DNA of 64,000 bases from Candidatus Marinacidobacterales bacterium (GCA_965262245.1 OZ253507.1:5319728-5383727); one strand, 5' to 3'. Counted from the stretch's first letter, positions 27,683-39,382 are shown. Notes: generated by a model from the letters alone, not told the origin. Made by a program: numbers and translations.

Positions 27683-28392
27683 GAGCCGAGCGCCTCCGCG
27701 ACGTGTCGCAAATTCTCGCGGCCGCAACCGGCGCGGATGAGCCTCTCGACCATGCTCCACACGGCGGCGTCGCGATCCATCCTCGCATGGGGAATGCGAA
27801 ACAGGCGTTTCCAAAAAGGCACTCCTTCGAGCGAGATCTCGGAACCCGGTGCTTCGTTGTAGCGAAAGCGCCAGTTCCCCAGGATCGTGGTCGTGTCGGG
27901 ATCCACGGCGCGGATCGGGTGCTCGCCTCGGATGAACCAACCGTCGCTTTGATAGAGGTTGACCGCGTAAGCCACGTTGCGCGGGACCGCGGCGTCGCCT
28001 CTTCCAACGCTGTCGATCTGGATAGTCAGTAGAATCGGCACCCCGTGCGCTTCGAGCGTTCGCGCGAATTTGGGCACGGCCGCACCGCCGAAGCTCTGTC
28101 CGTAGATCACGAGCCGCGCGGGAGACGCGGCAACGACGAAGCTCTCCGCAACTTCCCGGCGCTGATTCTCGAACGTCTCGGCGAAGACGCGTTGTTCGGG
28201 TTTCCTGAGGCTGAGCGCGAGCTTGCGTACACCTTTATCGGCATCGTCCCAATGGTCCCGCCCGCCTAGAAAGCCGACAACGAGACAGGCATCTTCCGGA
28301 ATGGGTTGCGGCGTGACGATGTCGTGAAGGGCAATGCCGCCGCACGCACCAAGCGTGCAAGACAGGCTGAAGACGACAGCAGAGCGACGCAT
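27679..28392 (-). CDS. Lipoprotein, alpha/beta-hydrolase-like
   Basis: The lipobox is LSCTLGAC after MRRSAVVF. A GQSFGG nucleophile-elbow-like motif is present. The start could be as far upstream as 28443. Confidence 0.5.
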   Translation of the reverse strand: MRRSAVVFSLSCTLGACGGIALHDIVTPQPIPEDACLVVGFLGGRDHWDDADKGVRKLALSLRKPEQRVFAETFENQRREVAESFVVAASPARLVIYGQSFGGAAVPKFARTLEAHGVPILLTIQIDSVGRGDAAVPRNVAYAVNLYQSDGWFIRGEHPIRAVDPDTTTILGNWRFRYNEAPGSEISLEGVPFWKRLFRIPHARMDRDAAVWSMVERLIRAGCGRENLRHVAEALGS

Positions 28393-28564
28393 CGCCGAGA
28401 GTGTACCGCGATGATGGGTCTGTGACCGCTCTGTTCCTGGCACCTATTCCCCCATAGACTCGTCTTCGGCTTTACATTTCTTACACAATTTTTCGAAGGC
28501 CTAATGACTTGGCGGTTCTGACAGGCTAGAATTGCCAATAAGAGCATCGCGAGGAGGTTGGAAC

Positions 28565-30043
28565 ATGCTTCGAACGAGTTTTCTCGGTCTGGCTTTCTAT
28601 TTGGGAGCGTCAGCGCTGGGTCTCGCTCAGCCCGGCGCTCCGGAAAATGATTTTATGCAGGCGAGGAGTGAGCGGTTCGAGGCCAGGACTCCAGCTATCG
28701 GCGATCCCATGCCCGATCTCTCCGCCTACGACGAAAACGGCGGCAAGTTCGAGCTCAGCAGCTTGAAGGGAGGTTATTCGGTTCTCGTCTTCGGCTGCCT
28801 CACGTGACCACCGTTTCTGAGAAACGTCCCCGGTCTGGAGACGGTTTATGAAGACTACGTGCCGAAGGGCGTGAAGTTCTACTACATCTACAAAGCCCTC
28901 GCCCATCCCGGGCTCCATGGCTACGTGACGCCCTATACACTAGAAGAACGGCTCATGCAGGTTCAAGAGGCGAAGCGAACCCTGGGGTCTCGGATCCCTT
29001 GGCTTAGCGACACGATGTCGAACGACCTCAAGCACGCATTGGGGGATGCCTCGAACCCCGAGTTCATCATTGATCCGGAGGGAAAGCTTGCGAACAAACG
29101 CATGTGGAGCGACCCGGAAGGACTACGCGAGGACTTAGCCAGGCTGGTGGGACGGGTCGAGAATCCGACCCGGATCGCCGATCTGGATTTGGAAATTCCA
29201 CCGCCGCGCGAGCAGGCGGCGAAGGGCGTTGTGCCGCCCATCGAGCTGCCCCGGCAAATGCTGGCCCTCGAGGTGGACCCGGTTGCGACCGATGACAACG
29301 TACCGTTCTATGTGAAGCTGCGCGCCGAGGCGGATCGAGACCTTCTGCGCCAGGGGGCCGGCAAACTCTATCTCGGTTTCCATCTCGATCCGATCTACGC
29401 CGTGCACTGGAACAATCTCGTCGATCCGTTGCATTTCGAGCTGAAGCTTCCACGAGGAACGGCATCACCCCTTTCCGGCGCCGGTCCCAAAGTCGACGTC
29501 GAATCGGACAGTGATCCACGCGAGTTCCTCATCGACGTCGACGCTTGGCAGTCGGAGGCTCCGCTTCAAGCGACGATTAGCTACTTTGCTTGCGACGATG
29601 CCGAAACCTTCTGCATTCCCGTTACTCAGCAATTCCAGATTTCTCTGGAAAGAGATCCGGACGGGGGACGACGCGCGGGAACGTTTCCGGGGCGAGGCCG
29701 CGGCGGCATGGCCGCACGACTTCTCGACCGCGACGCGAACGGGGACGGCCGCATCAGCCGAGATGAGGTTCCCGAGCGGATGGAGAGGATCTTCGGGAGA
29801 CTCGATGCGAACGGCGACGGATTCATCGACGAGGACGAGCTCGAAGGGATGGCGAGTAGACCGCGTATGCAGCGGTTCCTCGAGAGCGATGAAGACGGTG
29901 ACGGTCGCCTCAGTCGAGACGAGCTTCCCGAACGGATGAGACAACGTTTCGAGCGGATGGACGCAAACGGCGACGGTTATGTCGACAGAGAAGAGCTCGA
30001 GGTCATGTTCGAGCGGATCCGGGGTCGCGAGAACAACCGCTGA
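28565..30043 (+). CDS. Selenoprotein candidate: secreted deiodinase-like thioredoxin-fold domain (Sec at TGA 28805-28807) fused to C-terminal EF-hand repeats
   Basis: Track ORFs 28532-28807 and 28859-30043 share one frame with no other stop between them. The site reads VLVFGCLT-TGA-PPFLRNV and resembles the deiodinase motif FGSxT-U-PPF. The RBS GAGGAGG precedes ATG 28565. Four DxNGDG EF-hand loops follow at the C-terminus. Confidence 0.7.
28822..28847 (+). promoter_or_regulatory. Candidate bacterial SECIS hairpin
   Basis: AAACGTC(C)CC-GGTCT-GG(A)GACG(G)TTT forms a ~9-bp interrupted stem with an apical GGUCU loop. It starts 15 nt after the TGA and resembles the fdhF-type GGUC apical loop. Confidence 0.55.
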
Positions 30044-30079
30044 GAGAGCTTCGTTGGGCGTTCGGGCCGCAGCGAGGAT

Positions 30080-32742
30080 TCAGGGCGCGGTCGGCACCAA
30101 ACGTTTCAGTTCCTCGAACCAGTTGAGGACGACGACGAGGCGTGACGCTGAGAGCTCCTCGTCACTTCGGACCATGATGAAGCCGTCGTTCTCGCGAGTG
30201 ACGTCGTAATTAGCGTAGGGCGCTCCCGCCTCATCGAAAGGGGCCTCGAACAAGCGCCGGGGCGCGCCGGCATCGAAATCCTGAACCGTCGCAACGCTTA
30301 CCGCCATGAGCCACTCCTCGTCGCGGTAGTAAAGCTCGGAACCGTCAGGGCTCCATCGGGGCTCGCGTCCGCCACCGCTCGAGATGGTCGTCTTGCCGCC
30401 GGGGCCAGGAAAAGCACTGACGTAGACCTCGTCCTCGCCCGCCTCGTCCGAGACATAGGCGAGCCACTTGCCATCCGGCGAGAAAGCCGCCGCGCTCTCG
30501 TTGAACGCGGTCTGAAGCCACGGCTGTGTGCGCTGACTCGGCGTCGACAAGAGCCAGATATCGAGCGAGGTCTCAAGGTTCAACTCAGTGTAAGCGAGCA
30601 CCGTCCCGTCCGGAGACCATGAGCTCAGAAATGAGTGCTGGCGCTGACGGTGAGTCGCCTCACCGGTTCCGATCCGTCGACCGCCTTCGAATAGAGATTC
30701 AACGCCTCGCCGTCGCGGTCCGAGCTGAAGACAGCTCGCCCGTCTGGGGACCATATCGCCGCGCCGTTATTACCTTCGAACGTAACGCGGCCCAACGTGC
30801 CGCGCGCAAGCTCGGTTACGTACACATCCGTCTTTTCTCCCACCGTCAGCGTGAACATCAAGCGTTGCTCCGTTGGTGAGACACGAGGAACCTGGTAGCT
30901 TCTCGGCGTCGGCAAGGCGACGCGGTAGCTCCCGTCGCGGTCGACGTGCAGCAGCTGACCCGAGACTTCGCCCGACACATCCTCGGCGCGCGGCACGTAT
31001 ACGAGTGTGCCGTCTTCGGAGATGTCATAGAAGGCCGCTCCCGTCAGCGGATCGCGGTGAAGGTTCTCCAGCAACAGCGACGGCTCCCCGATCCGATCGG
31101 GCTCCTCCGGGTCGAATGCCGCTGCCATCAAAGTTTCCTCTCGAACGAAAACGAGATGTCCCGATGCGGCGAAACGCGGATAGGAACCGTCTTCAACCAG
31201 AAGTAGGCGCTCGCCCGAGTCCAGGGACACCCATTCGATATCGAATCGGCTTCCCGTCCAACTCGTGAAGAGCGCGCTTCGCCCATCGGGAAGAACGCTC
31301 GGCCATCGATGGCTCTTCTCGTCGCGACCGGTCTCGAGGCTCGTGGCGGCGCGGGTCGCGGTGGAGTCAGCGATCACGGATTCGAGGCCGCACACGGTGC
31401 AGCGGGAGAAGACGATCTCGCCTCCCCTGCCCCAGCTAGCCCCGCGGGGGCTCGGCCCGTCTGCAAGCGCGCGTACGCGGAGCCCGCCAAGAGAAAGAGC
31501 CTGCAGCTTCCCGCCCGCGAAAAACCCGATCTCATCTCCCGTGGGTGCGAAGAACGGCGCCGTCGCACCCTCGGTGCCGGGCAATGCTGTCGGCACGAGC
31601 TGATCCATCGCGCGCAGACGAAGCTCGGTGGAGCTCCCGCGACGCGACGTGTACACGATGTGCGTTCCGTCCGGGGCCAGAGCCAATGCCGGCCCGCTCC
31701 CGAGTGCCATGGCCTCGGTCGTCGGGAGCTCGATCGCGAAACGGCGCACGGGTTGGCTCTCGACGTCGGCTCGGCCCGAGTAGCGCCCGAGGGCCCAGCC
31801 CACGGCAATCGTCACGGCCATCCCCGCGACGATCCACGCGCTCGAAACCCGCGGTCTGTCTTCCTCCTCCACAAGATCGAGATCGTCACGCTCGAGCATC
31901 GCTTCGATCTCGATGCGGGCGTCGCTGATGTCGTGGAGGCGTCGATCTACATCCTTTTCGAGGCATCGACGCAGCAGATGGCAGATACTTCTCGGAACGA
32001 CTCTTGGGAGCGCGCCGAAATCGGGCTGAGCCGTCAGGACGGCGGCCAGCGTCTCGGAGATGCTGTTTCCCTTGAAGGGACGCCGGCCGGTGAGCGCTTC
32101 GTACAGGCAGCATCCGAACGACCAAATGTCGGTGCGCCTGTCGAGCGCTTCCCCTCGCGTCTGCTCCGGGCTCATGTAAGCCGGTGTTCCGAGAATATGT
32201 CCCGCATTCGTCACGTGCGACGGTACGGTTTTGGTCTTGGACGCACCATCGGACCGCTCTTCTACAAAAGGCTTCGCGAGCCCGAAGTCGAGCACTTTGA
32301 CGAGCCCCTCGGGCGTGATCTTGACGTTGTCCGGCTTGAGATCCCGATGGACGATTTCTTTCGCGTGAGCGGCCTCGAGCGCGTTCGCGATCTGCTTGAA
32401 GATCGTCAGGACCTCTCTGAGCGTCATCGCTCCCGCGTCGAAACGTTCGGCCAGCGTGTCACTCCGAACGAGCTCGAGGACGAGAAAGAGACGATCGTCG
32501 CGGCGCTCGACTCCGAAGATGGTCCCGATATTCGGATGGTTCATCGAGGCGAGAACGCGCGCCTCGCGCTCGAACCGCGCGACTCTCTGAGGATCACTCG
32601 CCACCTCTTCGGGCAGGGCTTTGATAGCAACTTCACGCTCGAGCTCCGTGTCGCGGGCAAGGTAGACCTCGCCCATACCCCCCGAACCAAGAGGAGAAAG
32701 AACTTCGAAAACGCCAAGTCGTGTCTTGGGTGCCAAACCCAT
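30080..32742 (-). CDS. Ser/Thr protein kinase fused to a TolB-like beta-propeller; one frameshift near 30640
   Basis: The start is at MGLAPKTRLGVFEV. Kinase motifs are GSGGMGEVY, HRDLKPDNV, DFGLA and SPEQ. Repeated WSPDG/FSPDG propeller motifs continue in ORF 30080-30754 after a 1-nt shift. Confidence 0.8.
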
Positions 32743-33021
32743 CGTTTCTGTCTCGTAGCCTCCGCTGCAAAAAGCGTAGCACCGCACCGCGTTGAATCCA
32801 ACGGAAAAGTGCAGGATACACTGCTCGTTCTCTTCCAACCCCCGGTGAACGGCGTGAAATTCCTCGAAGCAGGCGAAGTGGGTGCTTTGTTGGCGACAAG
32901 GTGACTTCGAAGTCTCCCAGTTGGCGACCGAATACCATGCGAGTTCGATCGCGGAACGCTGCACTGGCCTCTGCTGGGGCCAAGGCTTACAACCCGCTTG
33001 CGTTCCGGCCGAAGAAGGCGT

Positions 33022-34485
33022 CTATCGCCGGGCCCCCGGCAGCCGGTAATCCAACGGGGGATCCCGGTCGCCCAACAATGCCTCATATGCGAAGTCTGGA
33101 CCACGACGCTCATCGAACTCGGACCGCGCTTTCGCGATAACGCCCTGATTCTGGAAGAGGTCGATGGCGGTCAAGGCCAAGGTCTTGGCGGCCACCATCA
33201 TGCCTTTCGCACCGATGCTCGTGCCGCCGGCCGCAATGGCCTGCCAGCTGTGGGCCGAGGTACCGGGTACCCATGTGGCTGTCGAGAGGTTGGCCGATGG
33301 CACCAGCCATGTGATGTCGCCGGTGTCGGCGGAGGCGTAAGTCTGGCGGAACGCGTTGGGTTGGATCAGCCAGGCCTGATCCAGGTCGGGTGGGTTTTCG
33401 AAGGACTGTTGGAGGGTTTGTGCGAAGGCGAGCTCCGTTTCGTCGTATTCGACGCCGCCTACCGCCTCGAGGTGGCGATGCATCACCTCTTGTAGGGCTG
33501 AGTTGGGAAGACGGTTGTAGGAGCCACCGATCACCTCGTACTCCATCGAGGTTTGCGTTCCCGTAGCTGCGCCTTCGGCGCTCAGCACCATCCGCTCGAA
33601 GACCTCCTTGGCGATCACCGGATCGGGATGGCGCACGTAGTAGTACACCTCGGCGAAATCCGGAACGACGTTGGGCGCGCTGCCCCCGGCCGTGATCACG
33701 TAGTGGATGCGCGTCTGCTGGGGCACGTGCTCGCGCATCATGTTGACCATGTAGTTCATCGCCTCGACGCCGTCGAGCGCCGACCGGCCTCGCTCGGGGG
33801 CCCCCGCCGCGTGGGCGGAAACGCCGGAGAAACGAAACTTGGCCGACTTCACGGCCAGGTTGGTGTTGGGCCCGGCATAGTTCCGGTCACCGGCGTGCCA
33901 CGAAAGCACCGCGTCCACATCCTCGAACAGTCCCGCGCGGGCCATGTAAACTTTTCCGGAGCCGCCTTCCTCGGCCGGCGTGCCATAGAGGTGAATCGTG
34001 CCGGAGGCGCCGGTCGCCTCGAGCCACTCTTTCGCCGCGATGGCCGCGTGGGTAGACGCCGTGCCGAACAGATGGTGCCCGCAGGCGTGACCCGCAGTCT
34101 TGCCGTCGATGCCCTGCCGGGTGGGAACCGCGTCCTGGTTGATGCCGGGAAGGGCGTCGAATTCTGCAAGAACGCCGATGACCGGGCTTCCGCTACCCCA
34201 GCTTGCGACGAAGGCGGTGGGAATCCCGGCTACCCCGGCTTCCACCCGAAACCCGGCCTCGCGCAGCTCAGACTGAAGGAGCCCGGAGCTCTCGGTCTCC
34301 TGGTAGCCGAGCTCGGCCAGGTTCCAGATCTTCATAGCCACCTCGGCCATATGATCGGAACGGGCGTCCAAAGCCGCGACGACTGCTGCGGGAGATTCTT
34401 GAGCGGCCGCAGATGAAGAAATTGCCGCAACCGAGGCGGCGAACAGAACGTATGGCCGTGAGAAGTTCATGGGTGTTTCCTCCAA
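33022..34485 (-). CDS. M20-family amidohydrolase/peptidase (AbgB-like), secreted
   Basis: A signal peptide is followed by HACGHH, GTPAEEGGSGK and a pattern typical of M20D amidohydrolases. Confidence 0.75.
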   Translation of the reverse strand: MEETPMNFSRPYVLFAASVAAISSSAAAQESPAAVVAALDARSDHMAEVAMKIWNLAELGYQETESSGLLQSELREAGFRVEAGVAGIPTAFVASWGSGSPVIGVLAEFDALPGINQDAVPTRQGIDGKTAGHACGHHLFGTASTHAAIAAKEWLEATGASGTIHLYGTPAEEGGSGKVYMARAGLFEDVDAVLSWHAGDRNYAGPNTNLAVKSAKFRFSGVSAHAAGAPERGRSALDGVEAMNYMVNMMREHVPQQTRIHYVITAGGSAPNVVPDFAEVYYYVRHPDPVIAKEVFERMVLSAEGAATGTQTSMEYEVIGGSYNRLPNSALQEVMHRHLEAVGGVEYDETELAFAQTLQQSFENPPDLDQAWLIQPNAFRQTYASADTGDITWLVPSANLSTATWVPGTSAHSWQAIAAGGTSIGAKGMMVAAKTLALTAIDLFQNQGVIAKARSEFDERRGPDFAYEALLGDRDPPLDYRLPGARR

Positions 34486-34570
34486 GGGATGGGATCGTTC
34501 GACAAGCTTGCTTGTCCTGAACTATGGAGCATTCTACCGCTTGAAGGAGTGATTCTCGGGAATCACGGCT

Positions 34571-36922
34571 CTATTCCTCGAGTCCGACGCGGCGCAGCAG
34601 CTCGGCGAATCGCGGGTCTTGTTCGACATCCTCGCCCCACGGAGACACGCGCAGAAACGGCATGTCGCTCGCTCGCCCTTCGTACGCGCGCTCCAGCCAC
34701 TCGAAGAACTTGTCCAGGTCTCCAAGGCCCGCGTAGACGGCCGCTCTCTCGAGCGGCGAGACGTATCGCGTCTCGGCCAGTTCGTCCAGACGCGCGAGCA
34801 CGCCGTGTGCTTCGGCGACGCGTCCTGACTCGGCATAGGCCTGTCCGAGCAACCCCGTCCGGTATGGCGAGTCGTCGAGCATCACTGCTTGCTCGTAGTG
34901 AGGAACGGCTTCGGAGTACAAGCCTTGGCGCGCGTAGTTTTGGCCAACAATCCGGTGAGCGTACGCCCAAGCCGGGTCCAGCTCCAAGGTCTTCCTGAGT
35001 TGCTCGTGGGCTTCCTCGTACCGACCTGCATCACTGAGCCACTGCCCGTAGATCACGTTGATGATCCGCGACAGCGGCTCGAGCTCGAGCGCCATGCCGA
35101 ATGCGTTCGATCGCCTCGTCGTATCGCCCAGTGACCACCGAATATATGGAATACCAAAAATGACCGTTTGCGTAGGTTGGGTTGAGCTCGAGGCCTCGCA
35201 CGAACTCCCGCTCCGCCTCGTCGAAATCCCAATCGTAGAATAACTTGATATATGCCAGTGATACGTGCGCTTCGCCGAGGCTGTCATCGAGCTCGAGGGC
35301 GCGCTCGGCCGCCTGTTTCGCTCGCGGAAACGCTTCCCGCGGCGAGACGTAGTAGTAGCCGAGCAGACCAAAGCTGTCGGCCAAACCCGTATAGGCCGAC
35401 GCGTAATTCGGATCGTGGTCGATGGCTTCCTGGAAGTGCACGATCGCCTGGCGTAACCCTTCTTCCGACCTTCGGTTCAAGTGGTAGCGCCCTTCAGATA
35501 CGCTTCGTACGCGTCGGCGCTCCCCGTGTACTGCTTCGTCAAGAGCTCTTCCTGCTCGGCCGTGAGCTGAATCCGTAGAGCCTCGGAGATCTCACGCGCC
35601 ATGTCGTTCTGGATACTGAAAATGTCCGCGGCCTTTCGTTGATACCGCTCGCCCCACATTTGGCCGCTGTCATCCGTACGCACCAACTCGGCGCTTACCG
35701 TGAGGTCATCGCCTCGTTGAACGACCCGTCCGAGAACAAGGGCTTCGACCCCGAGCTCCTGCCCCACCGTCTCCGGATCGATGGCTTGGCCTTTGTAGCG
35801 GAACACGGACGTTCGCGAAATCACTCGGACGTCTGGAAGCTTGGAAAGACTATTGATGATCGACTCGGTGACACCATCGCTGAAATACTCGGCCTCGGGA
35901 TCGGCGCTTCCGTTCTCGAAAGGCAGTACCGCGAGCGAATCGATGCGCTCAGAATCACCCGGTAAGAGCAAGAAGCTGCCCACCAATGCGGCCAAGACGA
36001 TCGCTCCTAGCGCGAACGCGAGCCACGGATTGCGCTTGCCGCTACGGGGCGCGGGGGCAACGACGGCTCCCGACTCGGAATCCCGTTTCAGATGCTTCAG
36101 CTCGATCAGAAGATCCTTCGCCGTTTGGTAGCGCTCCTCGGGATCCTTCTCCAAGCACCGGCGGATGATGCGCTCGAGCTCCGCGGGCACGTCGTAGTTG
36201 AAGCGAGCGATCGCGTCGGGCTGCGCGTTCGCGATGCGCTCGATGGTCTCTGTCGGGTTTCCACCTAAAAAAGGCAAGCGGCCGGTGGTGAGCTCGTAGA
36301 GGACGACACCGAGGGAAAAATGTCCGAGCGTCCATCCACGTCGCGCCCCAGAGCCTGCTTGGGGCTCATGTAGTGGACGGTCCCCATCACCACCCCGGCC
36401 ACCGTCTTCGCTTCGGTGGCAGCTTCGGAATCTGGCGACGCAACGGCTCCGGCCATCGATTTCGCCACACCGAAGTCGAGAACTTTGATCTGATCGCGGT
36501 CGGTGAGCACCAGGTTGGCCGGTTTGATATCCCGATGAACGATACCCTTCGCATGAGCCGCGTCGAGAGCGTCCGCAACTTGGAGTCCTATATTAATAAT
36601 GTCGGCTCTGGCGAGAGGGTCACCTTTGACTCTGGCGGCAAGGTTTTTGCCATCCACGAACTGCATGGCGATGAAATGGATGCCGTCCGCCTCGCCAATC
36701 TCGTAGATGTGAGCGACGTTCGGGTGGTCGATGGCCGAGGCGGCTTTCGCTTCGCGCACGAAACGCGCACGGCGTTCTTGGTTCTCGGCGAACTCAGGCG
36801 GAAGGACCTTGAGAGCGACCTTGCGGCCGAGCTTCGTATCCTCGGCCAGATAGACATCGCCCATCCCGCCTGAGCCAATCTTCTCCAGGATTTTGTAGTG
36901 GGTTGAGGCTTTGGCCGATCAT
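34571..36922 (-). CDS. Ser/Thr protein kinase, TM segment, periplasmic-type domain and TPR repeats; four frame breaks
   Basis: The pieces are MIGQSLN / HYKILEKIGSGGMGDVY..HRDIKPANL..DFGVA / FSLGVVLYELTTGRLPF.. / NRRSEEGLRQAI..TPR / ALELEPLS..TPR. They lie in successive frames of one strand. Two breaks sit in a T5 run and a G3 run. Confidence 0.75.
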
Positions 36923-37098
36923 CAAGGGAAACCTCGGAGATAGTATCCGGTCGGGGTGTTGTGGGCAATAGGGGAGGAACGGCTGCGAAAAGAAACGAAA
37001 GACCGCGAAGAAGAGCGGCTAGCGTCTTCGTGGCTCGTCCGGTCGTTCCGAGATGCCCCTCTCCTGCTCAGGCCTTTGGCTCGAACACCCGGAGAGCT

Positions 37099-38268
37099 CT
37101 ATTTACCGCCGATCGCGGGCTCAAGTTTTTGTCGGAGCGGAAGGCGCACGATGAAGCTCGTGCCCTGACCGACCACGCTCCGGGCTTCAATCGTCCCCCG
37201 GTGATCACGGACGATTTGATAGCAGGCGGCAAGGCCGAATCCGGCCCCAACTCGGGATCCTTTGGTTACGCCGACGTGGACGTCGAAGATGCGTGCGAGC
37301 TGATCGGGAGAAAGCCCGCAGCCCGAGTCCTGGATCTCGATCGCGACCCCTCCATTCTCGTTCCTCGTCGTCACCCGGACGGCGCCGTCGTCCTCGATCG
37401 CATCGAACGCATTCGTTAGGAGGGTGATGAAAACCTGGTTGAGACGTCTCGGAAAACACTCGATCCGAGGCAGCTCACCGTAGTCTCGTTCGACTCGCGT
37501 CCGACCGATAGTCTCCCGTGGTATGAGCTCCAAAACGCCATCGAGGTCGGCGGAAAGGTCGGAGTGTCCAAGCTCGGCGTTGTCGAGCCGTGCAAAGCTT
37601 CGAAGGGTCTGGAGCGTGGCGTCGACCCGTTCGCTCGCCTCGATGCTTCCTTTGCTCCCCTTGTCGAGGCCGTCCAAAACACGTTCCATCTTGGGATCCG
37701 TTTTCGGGAGGGCGCCCCGAATTAGTTTGAGTGCGGTTCCGATCGTGGTGGCGTTGCTTCTTGAGGACGGCGACCGGGGTGTTAATCTCATGGGAGAGGC
37801 CCGCCACGAGCTTTCCTAGCGCGACGAGCCTTCCCTCCATCACTATCTCTCCCTGCTCTCGGAGGAGCCGCGCTTGCTCAACTTCGAGCTCCACCGCGTC
37901 CCGAAACGTTCGTCTCGCCCCGCGCGTCATGAACGCAAGCGCTCCGCCACAATCCCGAGATAGATGGCATGTGCGATGAACAAGCCAACACTGGAGGCAG
38001 CCCCGGCAAAGACCAAGGCCGGATCTTCGACCCAGACGACGGTCGGATCCGCCCGCGCCAGCACCAAGATCCCACCCTCGACCAAGATACCCACAGCCGT
38101 CAGGATCAGCGGATACAGCGGGCGTAGGGCAAGGCTGTTGATCACGATAAGCGTGATCTGAGCCAAGATGAACGGTGTCTTCACTAGCTCGGCTACGGGG
38201 AGGTTTCCCTGAGCCAAGATTTGGTACCAGATGACGGGCCCCGCGATCATATTCAGAGCGTCAAGCAT
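37099..38268 (-). CDS. Sensor histidine kinase (membrane N-terminus, HisKA, HATPase_c) with frame disruptions near 37930 and 37760
   Basis: The H-box is LVAGLSHEINTPV, the N-box is ITLLTNAFDAI and the G-boxes are DSGCGL and GFGLA. The N-terminal 113-aa membrane ORF ends in an ATGA overlap. Confidence 0.7.
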
Positions 38269-38327
38269 GACACCGCCGATACCAACGAGCTCTAGCCGAC
38301 GGACCTTGCGCAGCAGGCACCAGCAAG

Positions 38328-39101
38328 ATGTTGCTCGGAATTCTCGGTGATGAACGGGCCGTGGAATCCGAACGGCTTCTCGCCGTGGAGCTGGCCGGCG
38401 ATTTCATCGTGATTGGCGATGATATCGTCGATGCCTTGCTGTCCATCCTGCGCAATGGCGAGGAGCCGGAGAATCTGCGCGCCAAGGCGGCTCTCTCTCT
38501 GGGGCCCGCCCTCGATCACGCGGACACGGAAATGTACGGTTTCGATGACGACTCCGTGCTTATTTCCGAAGAGGTGTTCGTCGGGATCCAGGAGACACTC
38601 CGCAAGCTCTACACGAGCGCCGACGTTCCAAAGGAGGTGCGTCGGAGAATCCTCGAGGCATCGGTGCGCGCTATGCAGGACTGGCACCAGGATGCGATCC
38701 AAACCGCCTATCGTAGCGACGACGAAGCCTGGAAGGCGACCGCGGTCTTCTCGATGTGCTGGGTTCGGGGTTTCGACGAAGAGATACTCGAAGCGTTGAA
38801 GAGTGCCGACCCTGAGATTCACTACCAGGCCGTTTGCGCGGCGGGCAACTGGGAGGTAGCCGCGGCCTGGCCGCACGTCGCTGCACTCGTCACTTCGAGG
38901 GCAACCGAAAAAAACCTGCGCTTGGCTGCCATCGACGCCGTGGCCAGCATCCACCCCCAGGAGGCCGGGATGATCCTCCATGACCTCACGGATTCCGACG
39001 ACGAGGACATCGTCGAGGCCGTCCACGAGGCGATGGCCGTGGCCGAGGGGCCATACCTTGACGATGAGCTCGATGACGACGAGGATGAGCTCATCCACTG
39101 A
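38328..39101 (+). CDS. HEAT-repeat protein with an acidic tail
   Basis: The ORF has repeated helical HEAT-like units (..EVRRRILEASVRAM.., ..EIHYQAVCAAGNW.., ..LRLAAIDAVASI..). Confidence 0.6.
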   Translation: MLLGILGDERAVESERLLAVELAGDFIVIGDDIVDALLSILRNGEEPENLRAKAALSLGPALDHADTEMYGFDDDSVLISEEVFVGIQETLRKLYTSADVPKEVRRRILEASVRAMQDWHQDAIQTAYRSDDEAWKATAVFSMCWVRGFDEEILEALKSADPEIHYQAVCAAGNWEVAAAWPHVAALVTSRATEKNLRLAAIDAVASIHPQEAGMILHDLTDSDDEDIVEAVHEAMAVAEGPYLDDELDDDEDELIH

Positions 39102-39183
39102 AGGCGTTCGTGGATGAGGTCCAACCTTCCGACATGGAAGATGTTGTATTCTCATAGCCGCGAACACCCCGAGGAGGTTCCGC

Positions 39184-39327
39184 ATGCGACTGTCTATGCC
39201 GTTATTAGTGACGCTTGCTGTCCTGTTACCGCTCGCGTCCATCGTGGCTCAGGACGTTGAGCCGCGTCCTTTCACGGCGGAGGACGTTCAGAGCACTAGC
39301 GCTCGAGTCGCGGATTGGTTCAGCTGA
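39184..39327 (+). pseudogene. Short signal-peptide ORF, possibly the N-terminal remnant of a secreted peptidase
   Basis: Hand-read MRLSMPLLVTLAVLLPLASIVAQDVEPRPFTAEDVQS.. follows a strong RBS (GAGGAGG). It stops after 47 codons. Confidence 0.25.
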
Positions 39328-39382
39328 GTTGCAGATCGAAATGGCACGGCCACCGCGACCGTAGCAGCGCCGATCAAGGCGC

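Noticed and set aside
28812-28826. The small hairpin CGTTTC-TGA-GAAACG right after the Sec codon, considered as the SECIS.
   Set aside because: The 3-nt loop lacks the exposed G/U residues of known bacterial SECIS elements. The larger overlapping hairpin with the GGUCU loop (28822-28847) is the better candidate. Both cannot form at once.
30600-30660. Programmed ribosomal frameshifting in the kinase genes.
   Set aside because: There is no slippery heptamer or downstream structure. Several other breaks in the window sit at short homopolymers and fit 1-nt indels, and other unrelated genes in the window show the same defect.
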